Position numbers and translations under genes: made by a program. The notes under the pieces were generated by a model that was not told the DNA's origin, ran no database searches, and worked only from the letters and a program-made list of their open reading frames with translations. Below are positions 39,466 through 49,209 of a stretch of 64,000 bases of DNA, one piece after another (within the stretch, counting starts at the first letter, position 1; each line of letters opens with the position of its first letter). Origin of the DNA: a virus (Duplodnaviria; Caudoviricetes); the IMG/VR virus record IMGVR_UViG_3300046526_000409, positions 27,967 through 91,966 of that record; one strand, given 5' to 3'.

Positions 39466-39951
39466 TCAGGGCTCCAGCGATTTGGCAGCGCGCCGCGCGG
39501 CTTCAGACATGCGGCGACGTCCGGGGCGCCTTGGCGTCTCGGCGGGTGGGGGGAGTGGGCGTTCTGGGGGGTCGCCTGCCGCGAGTGCACGCGCTGAGAC
39601 CAGTGCCTCGACATCGGCCAGGTCTGCGGGGGTCAGGCGTTGCATCACGGTAAGCAATTCACGGATCCGAGGGTTGCCGAACATTTGAACTGAAGGCAAA
39701 TCGGACACATCGTACAGCGAAAAGAAGAAGCCGGGAGAGGTGGCCAGCGCCGCGGCCAGGTCCTCGATGGTCTTCATCCGCGGGTTGTCGTTGGTGCCGT
39801 CCGCGATCTTCCCCACGGTCGCGTGTGACATCCCCACACCGTGCTCCTGCGTCGCTTTGGCGAGGGAGCGGGTGGTCCAGGGCTTGCCATCCGGGCCCAG
39901 CGTGTTGTCCATGAGCCAGGAGACTTTGGAGGCCAAAGATCTGTCGCTCAA
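39466..39951 (-). CDS. XRE/EspR-like HTH regulator
   Basis: SLASKVSWL...GKPWT..SLA...SHATV..I..G..DNP...IEDLA...PGFFF. Confidence 0.85.
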   Translation of the reverse strand: MSDRSLASKVSWLMDNTLGPDGKPWTTRSLAKATQEHGVGMSHATVGKIADGTNDNPRMKTIEDLAAALATSPGFFFSLYDVSDLPSVQMFGNPRIRELLTVMQRLTPADLADVEALVSARALAAGDPPERPLPPPAETPRRPGRRRMSEAARRAAKSLEP

Positions 39952-40191
39952 GAGGAGGTCTCCCTGTTGGTGGGCGGCCGGTCATGTCCGCCGTCGTAAC
40001 CCTTGGCCAAGGTCTTGATCACCGCAACCTACCCGTCTCTTCACAGGACTTAGCTATTGGAAAGTTTAGTTGACAACCATGCCGTACGCGCCGCATCCTC
40101 AGGAAGCGGACGTTGACCGCCGGCGTGCGCCGGCTGGTCCCTCTGTGTCTCAGGGGTGCTACCTGCGACGTCCGGTCGGCATGGAGCGGTC

Positions 40192-40374
40192 ATGGTGGAG
40201 ATTGACGGTGGGATGGGCTTGCGAGTGCCCGCTTCGGTGGCTGAGATCATGGACGAGGTCCTGACGAGCGAGGCGCTGGCGGCTCTGGTGGAAAACGGAC
40301 TCGTCAAGTGCATGGTGCATCTGGGCACTGGCGTTGTCACCTATCAGCTCGCGAGCGCCGTCGTCACCGCTTAG
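40192..40374 (+). CDS. Small hypothetical protein divergent from the XRE gene
   Basis: MVEIDGG... after GGAG; followed by a hairpin and T-run. Confidence 0.4.
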   Translation: MVEIDGGMGLRVPASVAEIMDEVLTSEALAALVENGLVKCMVHLGTGVVTYQLASAVVTA

Positions 40375-40500
40375 CCCCAGTCCTAGTTGCCCCCGGCCGC
40401 CACTCCTGGCGGTTGGGGGCTTTGTTTTGTCCTGATTCTGTGATCGATCCGTGATCCTCACGAGCAACTCGACTCTCTGTGTCCGGGCCGCTCAGGCGCC

Positions 40501-40546
40501 TACTGTCCTCTTGAACAACAAGTTGAACAACAACTTGTGGAACAAG
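40501..40546. promoter_or_regulatory. 12-bp-period operator-like array 4 (recA upstream)
   Basis: tactgt cctcttgaacaa/caagttgaacaa/caacttgtggaa/caag. Confidence 0.75.
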
Positions 40547-40559
40547 AAGGGGGGTCGGC

Positions 40560-41621
40560 GTGGCTGTGTCGGCAGAGGCGCTCGCGCTCGTGGCCCAACT
40601 GAACAAGAAGTACGGGCCGGAGACGATGATCATGGCCTCCGACATGCGGATCGCTCCGCCATTCGCCACCGGCAACCTGCCGCTCGACATCATCCTCGGC
40701 GGCGGCTTCGCGGCGAACAAGTGGACCGAGATCATTGGGTTCGAGAGCAGCGGTAAGACGACCGTCGTCCACAAGACGATCGCCAACCAGCAGGCGAAGA
40801 ACCCCGACCACAGCACGCTGTGGGTCGCGGCCGAGGACTACGACTTCGACTGGGCGCAGAAGCTCGGCGTGAACACCGACCAGGTGATCGTCGCAGAGAC
40901 CAACGCCATGGAAGAGGCGTACGAGGTCATGCTCGACTTCGCCGGCTCCCGCTCGGTCGACGCCATCGTGCTCGACTCCTACCCGGCACTCGTCCCGGAC
41001 GAGGAAGCGGCCAAGGCCATGGACGAACTGTCCATCAGCCTCGGAGCCCGCGTCACGAACAAGTTCTTCCGCAAGGCCGGCAAGGCGACCAAGCGCAGCC
41101 ACCTCACTGATGAGCGGGCCGTCATGGGCATCGTCATCAACCAGTGGCGCGAGAAGGTCGGGGCCTTCTCTCCTCAGGGCACCCCCAAGACCACGCCCGG
41201 CGGCCTCGGCAAGAACTTCGCCTACTGGACCCGCCTGGAGGTCAGCCGCGCCGAGTTCCTCGACGAGGCGACCCCCGGCAAGGGCAAGGCCCGCGTCGGC
41301 CAGGCCATGAAGTTTAAGACGGTCAAGCACAAGTCGGCTGGCCCGCAGAAGACAGCCGAGACGCACTTCTACTGGGACGACTCACTCTCGCGTGGCATCA
41401 CCGCCGGCAACTGGGACGTGGTCCGGGATCTCATGACCTGGGGCGTCTTCTACGACGTCATCCGGCGTCGGGGCAGGTACTTCGACTTCGGGGACCGCAC
41501 CTGGGACACCAAGGACGCCATCCTCGACGCCCTCCGCGGCGAACTCGACCTCCAGGACGAGATCTCTGCGGCAGTCCTCCAGAGGGCCTTCCACCCCGAC
41601 GCGCCTGAGGTCGCGGCGTGA
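40560..41621 (+). CDS. recA: RecA-like recombinase
   Basis: LDIILGGG, GFESSGKTT, IVLDS, INQWREKVG, TTPGG. Confidence 0.93.
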   Translation: MAVSAEALALVAQLNKKYGPETMIMASDMRIAPPFATGNLPLDIILGGGFAANKWTEIIGFESSGKTTVVHKTIANQQAKNPDHSTLWVAAEDYDFDWAQKLGVNTDQVIVAETNAMEEAYEVMLDFAGSRSVDAIVLDSYPALVPDEEAAKAMDELSISLGARVTNKFFRKAGKATKRSHLTDERAVMGIVINQWREKVGAFSPQGTPKTTPGGLGKNFAYWTRLEVSRAEFLDEATPGKGKARVGQAMKFKTVKHKSAGPQKTAETHFYWDDSLSRGITAGNWDVVRDLMTWGVFYDVIRRRGRYFDFGDRTWDTKDAILDALRGELDLQDEISAAVLQRAFHPDAPEVAA

Positions 41622-41776
41622 TCCCTGCCCTCGCTGCCCTCGCCGTCGTCGAGGCCGTCTACATCATGTTCGTCTCCTGGCGGGCCAGCCGCTTCCTCAA
41701 GAGGAAGTCCGACGAGATCTACCAACTGCTGGACATGATCCGAAAGAGGCTCGCAGGTGACGAACCGCGGCCTTAA
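41618..41776 (+). CDS. Small membrane protein (52 aa)
   Basis: VIPALAALAVVEAVYIMFVSW...; GTGA overlap with recA. Confidence 0.5.
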   Translation: MIPALAALAVVEAVYIMFVSWRASRFLKRKSDEIYQLLDMIRKRLAGDEPRP

Positions 41777-42062
41777 AAGGTCCCAGCGGCAGGAAAAGGG
41801 ACTCGCCAAGAAGTACGACGGCAAGGTCAGCCCCGGCTCGGGAAACGGCTGGATTCACAAGAACGACGTCCGAAACGACGACTTCTCCTTCGAAGCCAAG
41901 ACCACCGAGAAACGCCAGTACCCGCTCAAGGTCGACGAACTCGTACTCGCCGAACGCAACGCATTGCTCTCCGGGAGAGAAATGGTCTTCGTCATCGAAA
42001 TGGGAGGGAGGAACTGGATGGTGCTCTCCCAGGAAACCTTCGACACCATCCTGGAGAACTGA
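41757..42062 (+). CDS. PD-(D/E)XK Holliday junction resolvase-like nuclease
   Basis: QEK...PGSG...KNDV....FEAK. Confidence 0.7.
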   Translation: MTNRGLKRSQRQEKGLAKKYDGKVSPGSGNGWIHKNDVRNDDFSFEAKTTEKRQYPLKVDELVLAERNALLSGREMVFVIEMGGRNWMVLSQETFDTILEN

Positions 42063-42404
42063 GTGGCCCTCTTCTCCCGATGCTCGGCACCTGACTGGAC
42101 CGGCGGCGACGACCCCGAATTTGAGGCCAAGTGCCGCAAGTACCAGACGCCCTCCCGAGATGACGACCCATGGTTCGACGACCTCCGGGAAGCAGCCTCG
42201 ATCTGTAACGGGGACACCGACGGAAACGTCTGCCCCATGCGGCAACGCTGCCTGGACTGGGCCATGAAGAACTGCGAACGCTACGGCGTCTGGGGCGGAA
42301 TGCTCCCCAATGACCGAGCCAAGCTCCGCAAGAAATACCGCAACCAGGAGAAACCGGAGACGTGGCCATGGCAGCCCCCAAGCGAAAGGCTCCCCGAGCC
42401 GTAA
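42063..42404 (+). CDS. WhiB-family Fe-S transcription factor
   Basis: C...AASICNG...CPMRQRCLDWA...YGVWGG...R. Confidence 0.9.
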   Translation: MALFSRCSAPDWTGGDDPEFEAKCRKYQTPSRDDDPWFDDLREAASICNGDTDGNVCPMRQRCLDWAMKNCERYGVWGGMLPNDRAKLRKKYRNQEKPETWPWQPPSERLPEP

Positions 42405-43537
42405 AGCGACGGGCCCCGATACCCACCAACCTCTCCGACTTCCTGAGCGAGAAGCGCGGGGCCGGCGAAGAGAACTTCCTCGGCACCATCCGCACCCACA
42501 TCGTCGAGAAGAACAAGGCCGACAACTCCCGCCGGCAGGACATCATCCACCCCTCGGAGATGGTCAAGGACGACTGGTGCCCCAAGGCCACGTTCCTGCG
42601 CATCACCACGGGCGTCCACCACAAGCAGTCCTTTGGCTTTCAGTCGCTGAACATCTTCGACACCGGACACGAGTCCCACCGCAAGTGGCAGAACCGGGCC
42701 TGGGACATCGGCTGGCTGGAGGGCATGTTCAAGTGCCTCCACTGCCGGGTCACTTGGTGGGACCGAAGCCCTCAGACGTGCCCCACACCGGACTGCAAGA
42801 GCAAGGCGATGGAGTACGCCGAAGTACCGCTCTCGGCCGAAGGCAGCCACCTGATCTCCGGCCACAGCGACGGCATGCTCACCCCGGCCCGAAGCCTGCT
42901 GGAGATCAAGACGGTGGGCGAGGGGACAGTCCGCTTCGAGGAGCCCGAGCGCCTCGCGAAGTACCTGGCCACTCTCCCGGACGGCAGCAAGATGGTCGAT
43001 CTGGCGGCCATGTGGTCATCCATCAAGGTCCCGTTCCCGAGCCACATCCGCCAGGGCCAGATCTATCTCTGGCTGGCACAGCGTCAGGGACACGACGTCG
43101 ACCGGATGACCTACGTCTACGAGTCGAAATTCAACCAGGACGTCAAGCAGTTCGTCGTCCGGTACAACCCCGCCATCGTCGACCCGCTCCTCGAAATCGC
43201 TCTGGATATCAAGGAGCGGGTCGATTCCAAGCAAGACGCACCCGACTGCGTCAACGGCGATGTCTGCAAGCAGTGCAGGCCCTACCAGGAGACCACCGAT
43301 GGCGCGGAGACCCCTCGACGAAGACGACGACAGGCTCTCGACGAGGACGACGCAGAAGATGGGCCGGAAGGGTCTGAAACTGCGAAGCCGGCCCGAGGAC
43401 GACATGCCGGACCTGCCGGCGAACCTGACGGAACTGAACGACGACAAGCTGATGGAGCTGTTCGTCGAGCTGACCAGATGGGCCGAGTACGCAGGAACAC
43501 AGCTAGCGGCAGCCGCAGTCGACGAGAAGGACGCTGA
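42368..43537 (+). CDS. Cas4-like/PD-(D/E)XK exonuclease
   Basis: HPSE..WCP, GH..H, E....ISGHSDG...LLEIKT, QGQIY, C..C.QC. Confidence 0.8.
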   Translation: MAAPKRKAPRAVKRRAPIPTNLSDFLSEKRGAGEENFLGTIRTHIVEKNKADNSRRQDIIHPSEMVKDDWCPKATFLRITTGVHHKQSFGFQSLNIFDTGHESHRKWQNRAWDIGWLEGMFKCLHCRVTWWDRSPQTCPTPDCKSKAMEYAEVPLSAEGSHLISGHSDGMLTPARSLLEIKTVGEGTVRFEEPERLAKYLATLPDGSKMVDLAAMWSSIKVPFPSHIRQGQIYLWLAQRQGHDVDRMTYVYESKFNQDVKQFVVRYNPAIVDPLLEIALDIKERVDSKQDAPDCVNGDVCKQCRPYQETTDGAETPRRRRRQALDEDDAEDGPEGSETAKPARGRHAGPAGEPDGTERRQADGAVRRADQMGRVRRNTASGSRSRREGR

Positions 43538-43799
43538 AGCGCACCTCGAACGCTGCAAGGCAATGGCCGCGGTCAAGGCCAAGAACGAGAAATCGGTGAC
43601 CGCGCAGAAGGCAGCAGCCGCCTCCGACGAGGAAGTGCTCGACGCCGACGCCGAGTACCGCAAGAACTACGCGGTCCGCAAGCTCACCGAAGCCATCTAC
43701 AGCGGCGCCGACCGAAAAGCCGCCGTCGTCTCCCGAGAACTCACCCGGCGCATAGGCCGGAGCGACAGAGAAAGCAGGGTCACCCGATGGTCCGCCTGA
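43299..43799 (+). CDS. Coiled-coil protein, possibly a UvsY-like recombination mediator
   Basis: ATG after AGGAG; helical; VSRELTRR; lies in the recombination cluster. Confidence 0.55.
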   Translation: MARRPLDEDDDRLSTRTTQKMGRKGLKLRSRPEDDMPDLPANLTELNDDKLMELFVELTRWAEYAGTQLAAAAVDEKDAEAHLERCKAMAAVKAKNEKSVTAQKAAAASDEEVLDADAEYRKNYAVRKLTEAIYSGADRKAAVVSRELTRRIGRSDRESRVTRWSA

Positions 43800-44008
43800 A
43801 AGTCCGTCGCCTGATCGCGACCGTACTGACAGTCACCGCAAATGGCTGCGCGGCCGGCGCCGGAGCACTCCTGGCTCTCGTCACCGTCGGCGCCATCAAC
43901 TGGACCCCGATTCTCTTCGCCTTCCTCGCCGGTACCGCCCTCTGTTTCAGCATCTCCGCCGAGATCGTCGAGAGCCCCAAGGAGGGCCCGAAGCATGCAG
44001 CACGTTGA
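43787..44008 (+). CDS. Small 2-TM membrane protein
   Basis: Two hydrophobic segments; overlaps both neighbours. Confidence 0.55.
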   Translation: MVRLKVRRLIATVLTVTANGCAAGAGALLALVTVGAINWTPILFAFLAGTALCFSISAEIVESPKEGPKHAAR

Positions 44009-44192
44009 TGCGGGCCAACTCTGGCTCGACAAGACCAGCAAGGGCGAGCGCGTCGTCTACGTCCAGTCCGTCACCCAGAACTTCGGCGGCTACGTGAACG
44101 CCATCTCCTACAACTTCGCCAAGAACACCCGGCGTTACACGCAGATCAAGCTCACCGGCTTCCACAACCAGTTCCGCTGCCTCGCCACCTGA
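43995..44192 (+). CDS. Hypothetical protein
   Basis: MQHVDAGQLWLDK... after AAGGAGG. Confidence 0.55.
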   Translation: MQHVDAGQLWLDKTSKGERVVYVQSVTQNFGGYVNAISYNFAKNTRRYTQIKLTGFHNQFRCLAT

Positions 44193-44199
44193 GAGACCC

Positions 44200-44919
44200 G
44201 TGAACGCCCTCACCTTCCGCAGTGACATCACCGTCGAGCTGGTCAAGCACGACGCCGCCGACACCGACGTCCTCTTCGCAGCTCGCGTATCCACCGGAGC
44301 CCACACCCAGGTCCCAGAGTTCGGAGACCTCACCAAGCCCGACCTCGGGCTCATCAACTACCTGATGCGCGACCGGCACGGCAGCCCCTTCGAGCACAAC
44401 TCCATGACCTTCCGGATCGAAGCCCCGATCTTCGTCATCCGGGAGTGGATGAGGCACAGAGTTGGCTGGAGCTATAACGAAGAGAGCGCGCGCTACAAGG
44501 AATTGGCGCCGGTCTTCTACACCCCAGGCCCGAACCGCAAGCTCGTGCAACAGGGACGCCCCGGCAAGTACGAGTACGTCCAGGGCACCGAGCACCAGCG
44601 CCAGGCCGCCGAAGGCCACATCTGGCACGCCTGCGACGAAGCCAGAGAGCGCTACCAGGAGATGCTCGCCGCCGGCATCGCCCGCGAGGTCGCCCGCACC
44701 GTCCTCCCCGTCGGCACCTACAGCTCCATGTACGCCACCTGCAACGCACGCTCGCTGATGCACTTCCTCGGCCTGCGCACCACCGACGAACGGGCCACCT
44801 TCCCGTCCTTCCCGCAGCGCGAGATCGAGATGGCCGGCGAGCAGATGGAACACCTCTGGGCCCAGCTCATGCCCGCCACCCACGCCGCGTTCAACGCCCA
44901 CGGCCGCGTCGCGCCCTGA
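44200..44919 (+). CDS. thyX: FAD-dependent thymidylate synthase
   Basis: HGSPFEH, REWMRHR..SYNEESARY, NARSLMHFLGLR, QREI. Confidence 0.96.
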   Translation: MNALTFRSDITVELVKHDAADTDVLFAARVSTGAHTQVPEFGDLTKPDLGLINYLMRDRHGSPFEHNSMTFRIEAPIFVIREWMRHRVGWSYNEESARYKELAPVFYTPGPNRKLVQQGRPGKYEYVQGTEHQRQAAEGHIWHACDEARERYQEMLAAGIAREVARTVLPVGTYSSMYATCNARSLMHFLGLRTTDERATFPSFPQREIEMAGEQMEHLWAQLMPATHAAFNAHGRVAP

Positions 44920-44939
44920 CGCCCTACGAAAGGCACACC

Positions 44940-45419
44940 TTGCCCGGCCTCTTCGACCCGATCATCGACATGCTCCCCACCAAGGCCCGCGTCATCAAGG
45001 ACCTCGCCAGCAACCGCTACGCCGTGCACTTCGCCAGGGTCGAGCCCGGCAGCGGCGCCGCGATCAACCAGGGACGGTTCAACGGTGTCCGCGGTCAGCT
45101 CGAATTCACCACGCCGCCGTACGTCAGCACCGACCCGGTCCTCCGCCTCACGCTGCCCGAGTGCGACACCCTCCACGCAGCTCTCGGCAAGACCCTCGGC
45201 AAGACGTCCGAGCAGGACCTGAAGCCCCTGAAGGACGAACTCGCCACGGCCTACGAAAACCGGGCCCAGGTCGAGCAGGAGCGCGACGACGCGCGCAACC
45301 GCAACAAGGTCCTCGTCCAGGAAGCGGGCCGGCACAAGAACGAGCTGCGCGACACCCAGGCCCGTCTCGCCCAGGTCTCCGAGATGTACTCCAGCCTCCT
45401 GGACCGGCTGAGCAAGTGA
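44940..45419 (+). CDS. Hypothetical coiled-coil protein
   Basis: 159 aa. Confidence 0.55.
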   Translation: MPGLFDPIIDMLPTKARVIKDLASNRYAVHFARVEPGSGAAINQGRFNGVRGQLEFTTPPYVSTDPVLRLTLPECDTLHAALGKTLGKTSEQDLKPLKDELATAYENRAQVEQERDDARNRNKVLVQEAGRHKNELRDTQARLAQVSEMYSSLLDRLSK

Positions 45420-45574
45420 CGCTCAGCCCCACCCCACACGCCACCCGATGCGCCTGCGGCCGGCTGATCGAAGCCGACGAATACGCGGGCCAGGTCGATG
45501 GCCACACCGTCTGCGAAGTCTGCGCCGCCCCGGAGTGGGACGACGACTACGCCACAGCCCACGACTACCTCTGA
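45416..45574 (+). CDS. Small Zn-finger protein
   Basis: CACG...CEVC. Confidence 0.5.
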   Translation: MTLSPTPHATRCACGRLIEADEYAGQVDGHTVCEVCAAPEWDDDYATAHDYL

Positions 45575-45596
45575 CATCACCACCCGGAGCACCCAC

Positions 45597-46262
45597 TTGA
45601 CCGACGTCAACAACTTCCGACCGTGGCCGAAGATCCCGCGATTCAACCGCGAGTTCGTCATCACGGAGAAGCTCAACGGCACCAACAGCCAGGTCGCCGT
45701 CAAGCGCATGGCCGAGGACGAGGACCCCGCCGGCTACCTCAACTCTCACGGCTTCAACGTCGTCTCCAAGGACGACGGTCTGTACGTCCTGCGCGCCGGC
45801 AGCCGCAAGCGGTGGATCGCCCCCAACGGACAGAAGTTGGACGGCACCGTCCCGATGGACAACTTCGGCTTCGCCGCCTGGGTGGCCGAGAACGCCAACG
45901 CCCTGGCCAACCTCGGCGAGGGCACGCACTTCGGCGAGTGGTACGGCCGCGGCATCCAGCACGGCTACGGCATGACCGGCCGCAAGTGGTCGCTGTTCAA
46001 CACCACCCGCTGGGGCACCACGGGACAGGGACTCCCCGACGGATCGCCGGCTGAACTGACCGTCGTCCCCGAACTCGCCCGAGTCCGCGGCCACCTCCTC
46101 AACGAAGCCATCCGTGACTCCCTGCGTCTGCTGCGCACCCTCGGCTCCGTCGCCGAACCGGGGGCCACGGCGGAAGGGATCGTCATCTACAGCGTCGAGG
46201 CCAACCAGTGCTACAAGGCCCTGCTGGAGAACGACGACCTTCCCAAGGGACTCGTCGTATGA
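45597..46262 (+). CDS. RNA ligase (Rnl2-like)
   Basis: WPKIPR, ITEKLNGTN, GSR, FGEWYG, EGIVI, K motifs. Confidence 0.85.
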   Translation: MTDVNNFRPWPKIPRFNREFVITEKLNGTNSQVAVKRMAEDEDPAGYLNSHGFNVVSKDDGLYVLRAGSRKRWIAPNGQKLDGTVPMDNFGFAAWVAENANALANLGEGTHFGEWYGRGIQHGYGMTGRKWSLFNTTRWGTTGQGLPDGSPAELTVVPELARVRGHLLNEAIRDSLRLLRTLGSVAEPGATAEGIVIYSVEANQCYKALLENDDLPKGLVV

Positions 46263-46483
46263 CCGGCCCGGACGTCACCACCTACGCCCCGTTCCTCTAC
46301 CTGTCCACCGTCGTCGCCGCCGCCTGGGTCCTGCATCGGCCGGTCGCCCAGGCGATGGACCTCAACGACGACAGCGACACCCACGACTTCGTCATCGCCG
46401 GCATGTTCGTCGTCGTCGCAGGCGTGCTGTGGCCGATCGTCCTCCTGGCCTGGCTCCTTCGCCCCCGCCGGGATGCCCTGTGA
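46259..46483 (+). CDS. Small membrane protein
   Basis: Two TM segments; ATGA/GTGA overlaps. Confidence 0.55.
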   Translation: MTGPDVTTYAPFLYLSTVVAAAWVLHRPVAQAMDLNDDSDTHDFVIAGMFVVVAGVLWPIVLLAWLLRPRRDAL

Positions 46484-46842
46484 ACTCCTGGTACCACGCC
46501 CAGTCCGCAGCCAGGAAGTGGGGCGGAAGCCCGGACGACTACCTGGCCATCAGCGAGTTCATCGACTCCTCCAAACAGGTCGTCGGCGACGTCCGTCACC
46601 GCGCCCTCTACCACCACACCCTCGGGGTCTACCTCTGCGAGCGGATCTTCGGCAAGACGCTGAAAGTCGGCCGCAAGGACATCCCCGTCCGCCTCATCGC
46701 CGAGCGCCACATCATCGAGGACCTCGGCTGGCTCCCCAGCCCCAAGGACTACATCGACGGCATGCCCATCGCGCCGTGGATGTCCGGGGCGAAGCGCAAA
46801 GAAGTCCCTCTCTCTCACATTCTCGGAGCAGCCACCCCGTGA
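46480..46842 (+). CDS. DUF6915-like protein
   Basis: HAQSAARKWGG..DDY..I..FIDSSK...RHRALYHH...IAERHIIEDLG. Confidence 0.75.
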   Translation: MNSWYHAQSAARKWGGSPDDYLAISEFIDSSKQVVGDVRHRALYHHTLGVYLCERIFGKTLKVGRKDIPVRLIAERHIIEDLGWLPSPKDYIDGMPIAPWMSGAKRKEVPLSHILGAATP

Positions 46843-47381
46843 CCGACCTGACCAAGAACGACCAGAAGAACTTCCTCGGCATCCCGATTCGCGGCGAGGG
46901 CAAGTCCGGCTCCACCCGAGTCGCACAGATCAGCAAGGAGGAGTTCGCCGCCCTGGTCAAGCCCCTCCTCGACCACCCGGACGTCCACCTCTTCGGCTGG
47001 AAGCAGTACACGCCCTACTTCAGCGACGGCGACATCTGCGAGTTCTCCGCCAAGGGCTTCTACCTGGTCACCGAGGCCGATGTCGAGCAGTACGAGGACC
47101 TCAAGGAGAACGACCCGTACATCGTCGAGGAGGTCTTCGACCCCCACTCCGACCACCCCACCCTCGGCGGCCGGCCCTACCACTGGGACTCGGAGGAGCG
47201 CAGGGGCCACTTCGGCGACTACGAGGGCCCTGACAAGCCGCTGTACGAGGCCGCCATGGAGCTGTCCGGCGCCATCAACAAGGGCAGCTCCGACTCCGTC
47301 CTGCTCGGCCTGTTCGGTGACCACTGCGAGATCCAGGTCACGAAGTCGAAGATCGAGGTTGAGGAGTACTCGCATGACTGA
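46839..47381 (+). CDS. Hypothetical phage protein
   Basis: [16 protein letters not shown]...LFGDH. Confidence 0.65.
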   Translation: MTDLTKNDQKNFLGIPIRGEGKSGSTRVAQISKEEFAALVKPLLDHPDVHLFGWKQYTPYFSDGDICEFSAKGFYLVTEADVEQYEDLKENDPYIVEEVFDPHSDHPTLGGRPYHWDSEERRGHFGDYEGPDKPLYEAAMELSGAINKGSSDSVLLGLFGDHCEIQVTKSKIEVEEYSHD

Positions 47382-47883
47382 GCGCTCCAACAAGGCACTC
47401 GGCTTCCTCGTCGGCGCCGCCTACGTGGCCACCATCCCCGCCGCCAACATCGCGCTCCACCGTTACGGCACCGTCCCGGTCGGCTTCGGCCACCAGGCGC
47501 CGGCCGCGGTATTCCTCGCCGGCCCCGCCCTGGTCCTGCGGGACGCGGTGCAGTGGCTGCTCGGCCGCCGGATAGCCATCGCCGCACTCATCGTCGGCAT
47601 CGTCCTGTCCTTCCTCGTCGCCGACCCGGCGGTCGCCCTGGCCAGCGCCGTGGCCTTCGGCGTCTCCGAAGCCGCCGATATGGCCGTCTTCAGCCGGCTG
47701 TCCCCGCGTTGGGTCCGCGCGGTCCTCGCCGGAGGAGTCGTGGGCATCCTGCTCGACTCCCTGTTGTTCCTGTCCATCGCCTTCGGGTCACTCGACTTCC
47801 TCGACGGACAGATCATCGGCAAGCTCTACGGAGTCGTCCTCGGCTCCCTCGTCGTGGCGCTGCGTCGCCGCGCCGCCAGGTGA
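47374..47883 (+). CDS. VUT-family (queuosine-precursor) transporter
   Basis: [47 protein letters not shown]. Confidence 0.85.
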   Translation: MTERSNKALGFLVGAAYVATIPAANIALHRYGTVPVGFGHQAPAAVFLAGPALVLRDAVQWLLGRRIAIAALIVGIVLSFLVADPAVALASAVAFGVSEAADMAVFSRLSPRWVRAVLAGGVVGILLDSLLFLSIAFGSLDFLDGQIIGKLYGVVLGSLVVALRRRAAR

Positions 47884-48656
47884 CGTTCTTCCTCGGAACG
47901 CACATCCCTTCCTGGCTCGGCAACGCCGACGTCCCGCTGTTCGTCTCGCACCGCCGTCTGATCGGCCGCAAGACCTACCCCAGAGCCATCAATACCTGGG
48001 CACTGGACAGCGGCGGATTCACCGAGATCTCCATGCACGGCCGGTGGACCATCACCTCCGCCGCATACATCGACGCCGTCCGCTGCTACCGCGACGAGAT
48101 CGGCAACCTCGCCTGGGCCAGCCCCCAGGACTGGATGTGCGAGCCGTGGATCACCCAAAAGACCGGGCTCAGCGTCACCGAGCACCAACACCGCACCGTA
48201 GGCAACTACCTCGACCTCAAGGCAGCAGCTCCTGACCTGCCGTTCGCCCCCGTCCTACAGGGCTGGGATCGCGCCGACTACCAGCACTGCGCCGAGATGT
48301 ACGAGAAGGCCGGCGTCGACCTGGCCGCCGAACCCATCGTCGGAATCGGGTCCGTATGCCGACGCCAGCACATGGACGCAGCCGTCGACATCATCACCGA
48401 CGCCACCGACCAAGGCATCAAAGTCCACGGCTTCGGCTTCAAGATCACAGGGCTAAGGCGAGTGGGCCACCTGCTCACCTCCTCGGACTCCATGTCCTGG
48501 AGCCTCCACGCACGCCACCGCCCCCCGCTCCTCGGCTGCACCCACAAGACGTGCGCCAACTGCCGCCGCTATGCCCTGCGTTGGCGTGAGAAGCCCCTGG
48601 CGGCGATCGAGGAAGCCCGCGCAAACAACCCCTACCAACTGGAGCAAGCAGCATGA
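47880..48656 (+). CDS. DpdA/TGT-like deazaguanine DNA transglycosylase
   Basis: [37 protein letters not shown]. Confidence 0.8.
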   Translation: MTFFLGTHIPSWLGNADVPLFVSHRRLIGRKTYPRAINTWALDSGGFTEISMHGRWTITSAAYIDAVRCYRDEIGNLAWASPQDWMCEPWITQKTGLSVTEHQHRTVGNYLDLKAAAPDLPFAPVLQGWDRADYQHCAEMYEKAGVDLAAEPIVGIGSVCRRQHMDAAVDIITDATDQGIKVHGFGFKITGLRRVGHLLTSSDSMSWSLHARHRPPLLGCTHKTCANCRRYALRWREKPLAAIEEARANNPYQLEQAA

Positions 48657-48964
48657 CCATGTCCGGTCCTCGCATCCGCACTCGCAGCAACAACCACCGC
48701 AAGATCGCCCTCGCCGGAGTGGGCCTGCTCATAGCTGCCGGCCTGACCGCATGCGGCGTGAGCGAGAAGTACTCCGAGCCGTTCCGCGACGCGCCCCGCG
48801 CCAACACCGACAACAGCCCGGCCACCGTCTTCACCATGCCCGACGGCTTCGGCAACGGCGCCACGAAGTGTCTCGCCGGCACGGGTGTCCGCGTCACCAC
48901 GCTGTACCACCAGGACAGCGACTACGGCAGCGTGTCGACCATCCTCGACCCCGCCTGCGAGTGA
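48653..48964 (+). CDS. Lipoprotein
   Basis: Basic N-terminus, hydrophobic core, LTAC lipobox. Confidence 0.7.
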   Translation: MTMSGPRIRTRSNNHRKIALAGVGLLIAAGLTACGVSEKYSEPFRDAPRANTDNSPATVFTMPDGFGNGATKCLAGTGVRVTTLYHQDSDYGSVSTILDPACE

Positions 48965-49209
48965 CCGACGGCCCCGATCTCGGGGCGATCGAAGAGCGGT
49001 GGGCCAAGGCAGTCCCCGGACCCTACGAGTTCTGGCTCGACGAGGGATCCATGGCATGGGTCGTGGACGGGGACGGCCGCCGCATCGCCCAGGTCCACGG
49101 CTTCTACTGGCTCACCGCCCACGCCTTCGCCCACGCACCCACCGACATCCGTGCCCTGCTGGACGAGGTCCAGCGACTTCGAGGAACCGCACATGACTCA
49201 GCGAGTTGA
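48961..49209 (+). CDS. Hypothetical protein
   Basis: DLGAIEER...AHAPTDIRALLDEV. Confidence 0.55.
   Translation: MTDGPDLGAIEERWAKAVPGPYEFWLDEGSMAWVVDGDGRRIAQVHGFYWLTAHAFAHAPTDIRALLDEVQRLRGTAHDSAS

Noticed and set aside
42368-43537. Cas4-like gene as evidence of CRISPR-Cas
   Set aside because: No other cas genes or array; solo Cas4-like nucleases are common in phage recombination modules
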